NCBI GenBank assembly: GCA_044376115.1
Contig: JBILLK010000001.1
Span: 256,001 to 320,000 of the forward strand
Reading direction: 5' to 3'
DNA length: 64,000 nucleotides
From: Polyangiaceae bacterium
GTDB lineage: Bacteria; Myxococcota_A; Polyangia; Polyangiales; Polyangiaceae
The first letter of the stretch is position 1. Every line of letters begins with the position of its first letter. Of the stretch, positions 60,779 through 64,000 are shown piece by piece. The notes beneath the pieces are model-generated. The model did no database searches. It had not been told where the DNA came from and saw nothing but the letters and a program-made list of their open reading frames with translations. A program made the position numbers and the translations under genes.

Positions 60779-61786
60779 ATGGCTTCCAACCCGCCCCAAG
60801 GCAGCTCGCAGCCGCCGCCTGAACAGCTCCACGGCAGCTCGCCAATGGCGCTCGAGACGGGTCCGCCCGTCATTCCGGAGTTCAAAGAAGGGACTCTGCC
60901 CTGGCGGATTCGCGGCCTGATCAAGCAAATGCGGCCGGAGCAGTGGTTGAAGAACAGCTTCGTGCTGGCCCCGCTGGTATTCGCCAAGCACCTCAACCAC
61001 CCCTCGATCATCATCTCCGCGGTCGGTGGCTTCGGCGTTTTCTGCCTGCTCGCGAGCGGCATCTACACCATGAACGACCTTGTCGACGTCGAGGCCGACC
61101 GGGTGCACCCGAAGAAGCGCTTTCGGCCAATCGCCTCGGGGCGCGTCCCGATTTGGGCGGGAAAGGCGCTCGCCTCTGTGTTGATCAGCGTCGCCCTGGT
61201 TGGAGCCGCCATTGGGCCACGGCCCTTTCTGTACACGGCGCTCGCGTACTTGGGGCTGCAGGTCGCCTACTCGTTCAAGCTCAAGAAGATCGCCTACCTC
61301 GACGTTGGCTGCATCTCGCTGGGCTTCGTCTTGCGGGTCTTGGCCGGCTCGTTCGCGGTCCGGGTGCCACCGTCGTTCTACATGTTGGCCTGCACCGCGC
61401 TGCTGGCCCTCTTTCTCGGCTTTGGGAAGCGGCGTCACGAACTGGCCGGGAGCAACGCGGCCAAGCAGCGCGCCGCGCTCGAGCAGTATTCGCCGCGGGT
61501 GTTGACCATCGCCCTGGCCGTTACCGGCGTGCTCACGCTGGGGACGTATCTGGCCTACACCTTGGACCCCGCGACGCAGGCTGTGTTCAACAGCCCATGG
61601 CTGTGGATCACCACGATTCACCCTGTTTTCGGCGTAATTCGCTTCCTGCAGTTGGTGGTGAGTGGAACCAAGTCGGAGTCCCCAACGCAGGAGATCCTCC
61701 GCGACGTGCCTTTCATGATGAACCTCGTGCTGTACGTGATCGAGGTGATCGTGATCATCTACCAAGTCCGGCCCGGTAGCGTTTGA
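60779..61786 (+). CDS. UbiA-family prenyltransferase, decaprenyl-phosphate phosphoribosyltransferase-like
   Basis: RP.QW.KN, Y..ND..D.E.DR.HP.KR.RPIASG and GKRR.EL motifs; multiple TM helices. Confidence 0.85.
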   Translation: MASNPPQGSSQPPPEQLHGSSPMALETGPPVIPEFKEGTLPWRIRGLIKQMRPEQWLKNSFVLAPLVFAKHLNHPSIIISAVGGFGVFCLLASGIYTMNDLVDVEADRVHPKKRFRPIASGRVPIWAGKALASVLISVALVGAAIGPRPFLYTALAYLGLQVAYSFKLKKIAYLDVGCISLGFVLRVLAGSFAVRVPPSFYMLACTALLALFLGFGKRRHELAGSNAAKQRAALEQYSPRVLTIALAVTGVLTLGTYLAYTLDPATQAVFNSPWLWITTIHPVFGVIRFLQLVVSGTKSESPTQEILRDVPFMMNLVLYVIEVIVIIYQVRPGSV

Positions 61787-61787
61787 C

Positions 61788-62507
61788 GTGAGCGAAGCCG
61801 TATCTGAGGCGCCCGAGCAATCTTCCAAGAGCGATGCTTGGACCGACCTCGGGCTCACCTTGCCGATCTTCGTGCTCTACCACCTCGGCGTGGTGTTCCT
61901 GCCGATGCGCAACGCGGCCGACATGGTCACCAGCAAGCTGACAGCGTTGGCCAATCAAAGCCTTCCGCTGTACGCGAGCCTCACGGTGGGCATGGGTGGT
62001 GCCTACGTGCTCCTGATGTGGTTCTTGGGGCAGCGCCAGGTGCTCTCTGCGCAGCGCTTTCTGTTTCTTGGCGTCGAAGGGGTGGCTTACGCCTTCGTGA
62101 TGCGGCTTTTGGGAGGCTACGCGTTGGAGGCTCTTCCGCTTGCGTCCTCGAGTGGAGAGTCGGCTTGGGGCTCGCTCGTGATGTCGTTCGGGGCTGGGTT
62201 CTACGAGGAGCTGATGTTCCGCGTTTTGCTCTTCGGTGGCGGCGCTTGGCTGGTCCGAACGATCGAGGGGTTTAGCGTTAGCGGCGTGGTCATGACCTTG
62301 ATTTGGGCCTTGCTCTGCGCGCTGGCGTTCTCCGGCTGGCACCACACGGGTCCCTCCGGAGATCCGTTCGACATGCGAGTGTTCGCTTATCGAACGGTGT
62401 GCGGCCTGGTTCTTACGGCGATCTTCTATTTGCGCGGGTTTGCCCCAGCCGTATGGACCCACGTCCTCTACGACGTCTGGGCCATGGGAGTGCTCGGAGA
62501 CGGCTGA
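61788..62507 (+). CDS. CPBP/Abi family intramembrane glutamic protease
   Basis: EELMFR, FS..HH and H..YD motifs; multiple TM helices. Confidence 0.8.
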   Translation: MSEAVSEAPEQSSKSDAWTDLGLTLPIFVLYHLGVVFLPMRNAADMVTSKLTALANQSLPLYASLTVGMGGAYVLLMWFLGQRQVLSAQRFLFLGVEGVAYAFVMRLLGGYALEALPLASSSGESAWGSLVMSFGAGFYEELMFRVLLFGGGAWLVRTIEGFSVSGVVMTLIWALLCALAFSGWHHTGPSGDPFDMRVFAYRTVCGLVLTAIFYLRGFAPAVWTHVLYDVWAMGVLGDG

Positions 62508-62575
62508 TAACCAACCGGCTTGTTTGACCGCGGAAGCTCATCCGTGTACGCGAAACGCTCGGGAAGGAAGCCTCC

Positions 62576-64000
62576 ATGCATCGATCGTTCGTTCAACTGG
62601 CCGCGCTGAGTTCGCTAGGCACCCTAGCCTTGCTCACTCCTGCCCTGGCTGAAGCGCAGGTTGTCGCCGAGAACCTCACCAACGGTGACTCCGGGGCGGA
62701 TACGCATCTGTTCCGGCCGCCGGTCGACTCCAAAGGTTTCATCTCGGTCAACGGCGCGGACATTGTCGGTCACCTCGACTTCAGCCTCGGCCTGTTCCTC
62801 GACTACGGCTACGGCATCATGCCGGTCGCCGAAGGCCACGGCGAAGAAGCCGACTACCTGCTCGACCATTCGTTCCAGGGCACCCTTCAGTTCGATCTCG
62901 GCTTGGCGAACTTCATGGTCGTCGGGCTCTCGCTCCCGGTGGTGCTCGCGGGGCATGAGGCCATTACCGATATCGGTCCGACTGGCCAGCTCTATTCGGT
63001 GAAGAACGACTTCGCGCAAGGCCTCGGCTTCATCGGTGCGCACGCGAAGTTCCGCATCATTCGCCCCGAGGACGGCCCGTCGGTCGGTCTCGCGGCGATC
63101 GTCCAGGGCGGCGTCGGCGTCGCCGGGACGGAGGATCTCATTGGTGAAAAGGGCGGCTTCATTTGGCCCCAGGTCGTGTTCGAGGGTCGCGTCGCTCCCG
63201 GCGGCATTTGGCGCATCGGCGTCAACGGCGGCTTCCGCGCCAACTTCGGCGGTACCAACGCTGTCTTCGGATCGGACGCCAACGGCGTGCCGGTGCTCGA
63301 GAGCGGTGAATTCGAATACGGTCAGCTCGTCACCGCGGGCCTCGGTACCAGCATCCGCGTGGTCGACCCGCTCGACATCGTCGCCGAGACCTACGCTTCG
63401 ATGCTCGTCACCGGCGAGAACGATACAGATCAGCGCATCAGCGCCGAGGCGATCGGCGGCCTCAAGGTATTCATCGACGGTCGCAGCTTTCTCTTCCTCG
63501 GCGGCGGAGCCGGGTATGCACCGGGCTTCCAAACCGCAACCGCGCGCGGAACCGTCGGCTTCGTGTTCGAGCCTTCGATCGGAGATCGCGACGGGGACGG
63601 CTTCAAAGACGACGAAGATGATTGCCCCGATCAACCCGAAGATCGTGACGGCTTCGAGGACACCCGCGATGAAGCCCCGCCCGGCCAACTCGGCTGCCCC
63701 GATCCGGACAACGACAAGGACGGCATCCTCGACGTCGACGATCAGTGCATCAACAACCCCGAAGACAAAGACGGTGATGAAGACACCGACGGTTGTCCCG
63801 AGAGCCGCGACGGCGATCGCGACGGCGACGGCATCCTCGATTCGCGCGACAAGTGCCCCGATGATCCCGAGGACAAGGACGGCTTCGAGGACAAGGACGG
63901 CTGTCCCGATCTCGACAACGACAAGGACGGCATCCCGGACGCCAACGACGCTTGCCGCGATGACCCCGAGGACAAGGACGGCAAGGAAGATGAAGACGGT
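62576..64000 (+). CDS. Outer-membrane protein with thrombospondin type-3 repeats (probably OmpA family), 3' partial
   Basis: Absent from the ORF track because it has no stop in the window. MHRSFVQLAALSSLGTLALLTPALAEA signal, DTHLFRPPVDSKG, beta-barrel strands, then DRDGDG..D..D.CP..PED.DG.ED.DGCPD repeats from ~63584; SD AAGGA. Confidence 0.85.
   Translation, partial: MHRSFVQLAALSSLGTLALLTPALAEAQVVAENLTNGDSGADTHLFRPPVDSKGFISVNGADIVGHLDFSLGLFLDYGYGIMPVAEGHGEEADYLLDHSFQGTLQFDLGLANFMVVGLSLPVVLAGHEAITDIGPTGQLYSVKNDFAQGLGFIGAHAKFRIIRPEDGPSVGLAAIVQGGVGVAGTEDLIGEKGGFIWPQVVFEGRVAPGGIWRIGVNGGFRANFGGTNAVFGSDANGVPVLESGEFEYGQLVTAGLGTSIRVVDPLDIVAETYASMLVTGENDTDQRISAEAIGGLKVFIDGRSFLFLGGGAGYAPGFQTATARGTVGFVFEPSIGDRDGDGFKDDEDDCPDQPEDRDGFEDTRDEAPPGQLGCPDPDNDKDGILDVDDQCINNPEDKDGDEDTDGCPESRDGDRDGDGILDSRDKCPDDPEDKDGFEDKDGCPDLDNDKDGIPDANDACRDDPEDKDGKEDEDG

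Noticed and set aside
60695..61858. 387-aa minus-strand ORF (and 278-aa plus-strand ORF 60943-61779)
   Set aside because: Shadow or alternative frames of the UbiA-family gene.
62624..63984. Minus-strand ORFs 62624-63688 and 63742-63984
   Set aside because: Antisense to the TSP3-repeat outer-membrane protein gene.

Overview
GC-rich, tightly packed chromosomal window from a myxobacterium, most consistent with Myxococcota/Polyangiales. This assignment is an inference from the AgmX/PglI-type domain, Ser/Thr kinases, Gly-rich lipoproteins and a TSP3-repeat outer-membrane protein. About 50 CDS are supported. Housekeeping genes include a FadN-type 3-hydroxyacyl-CoA dehydrogenase with thiolase, uvrB, rtcA, rseP, ftsK, trxA, acnA and rpe. 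Envelope and secreted proteins include a penicillin-acylase-family enzyme, a serpin, PNGase F-like, VWA, FG-GAP and FGE-fold lipoproteins, and an L,D-transpeptidase. Signalling proteins include two Ser/Thr kinases, an RHH-polyPro-FHA protein, a degenerate histidine kinase and a tandem cNMP-like protein. A MoxR-DUF58-transglutaminase operon is also present. I found no rRNA, tRNA, CRISPR array, IS element or prophage. The most notable observations are: (1) a recurring (TGC)TANNNT box 6-9 nt before many SD-less start codons, suggesting widespread leaderless transcripts, including a 5-codon uORF coupled to rpe; (2) a shared C-G-D-D plus Gly-rich N-terminus on unrelated lipoproteins; (3) a ~52-aa minimal prepilin-like ORF; (4) a helical lipoprotein/RHH-FHA/L,D-transpeptidase operon opposite ftsK; and (5) a GNAT/PilB-GspE ATPase/divergent RNase HII operon. 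All family calls come from reading motifs by eye; no database searches were run.
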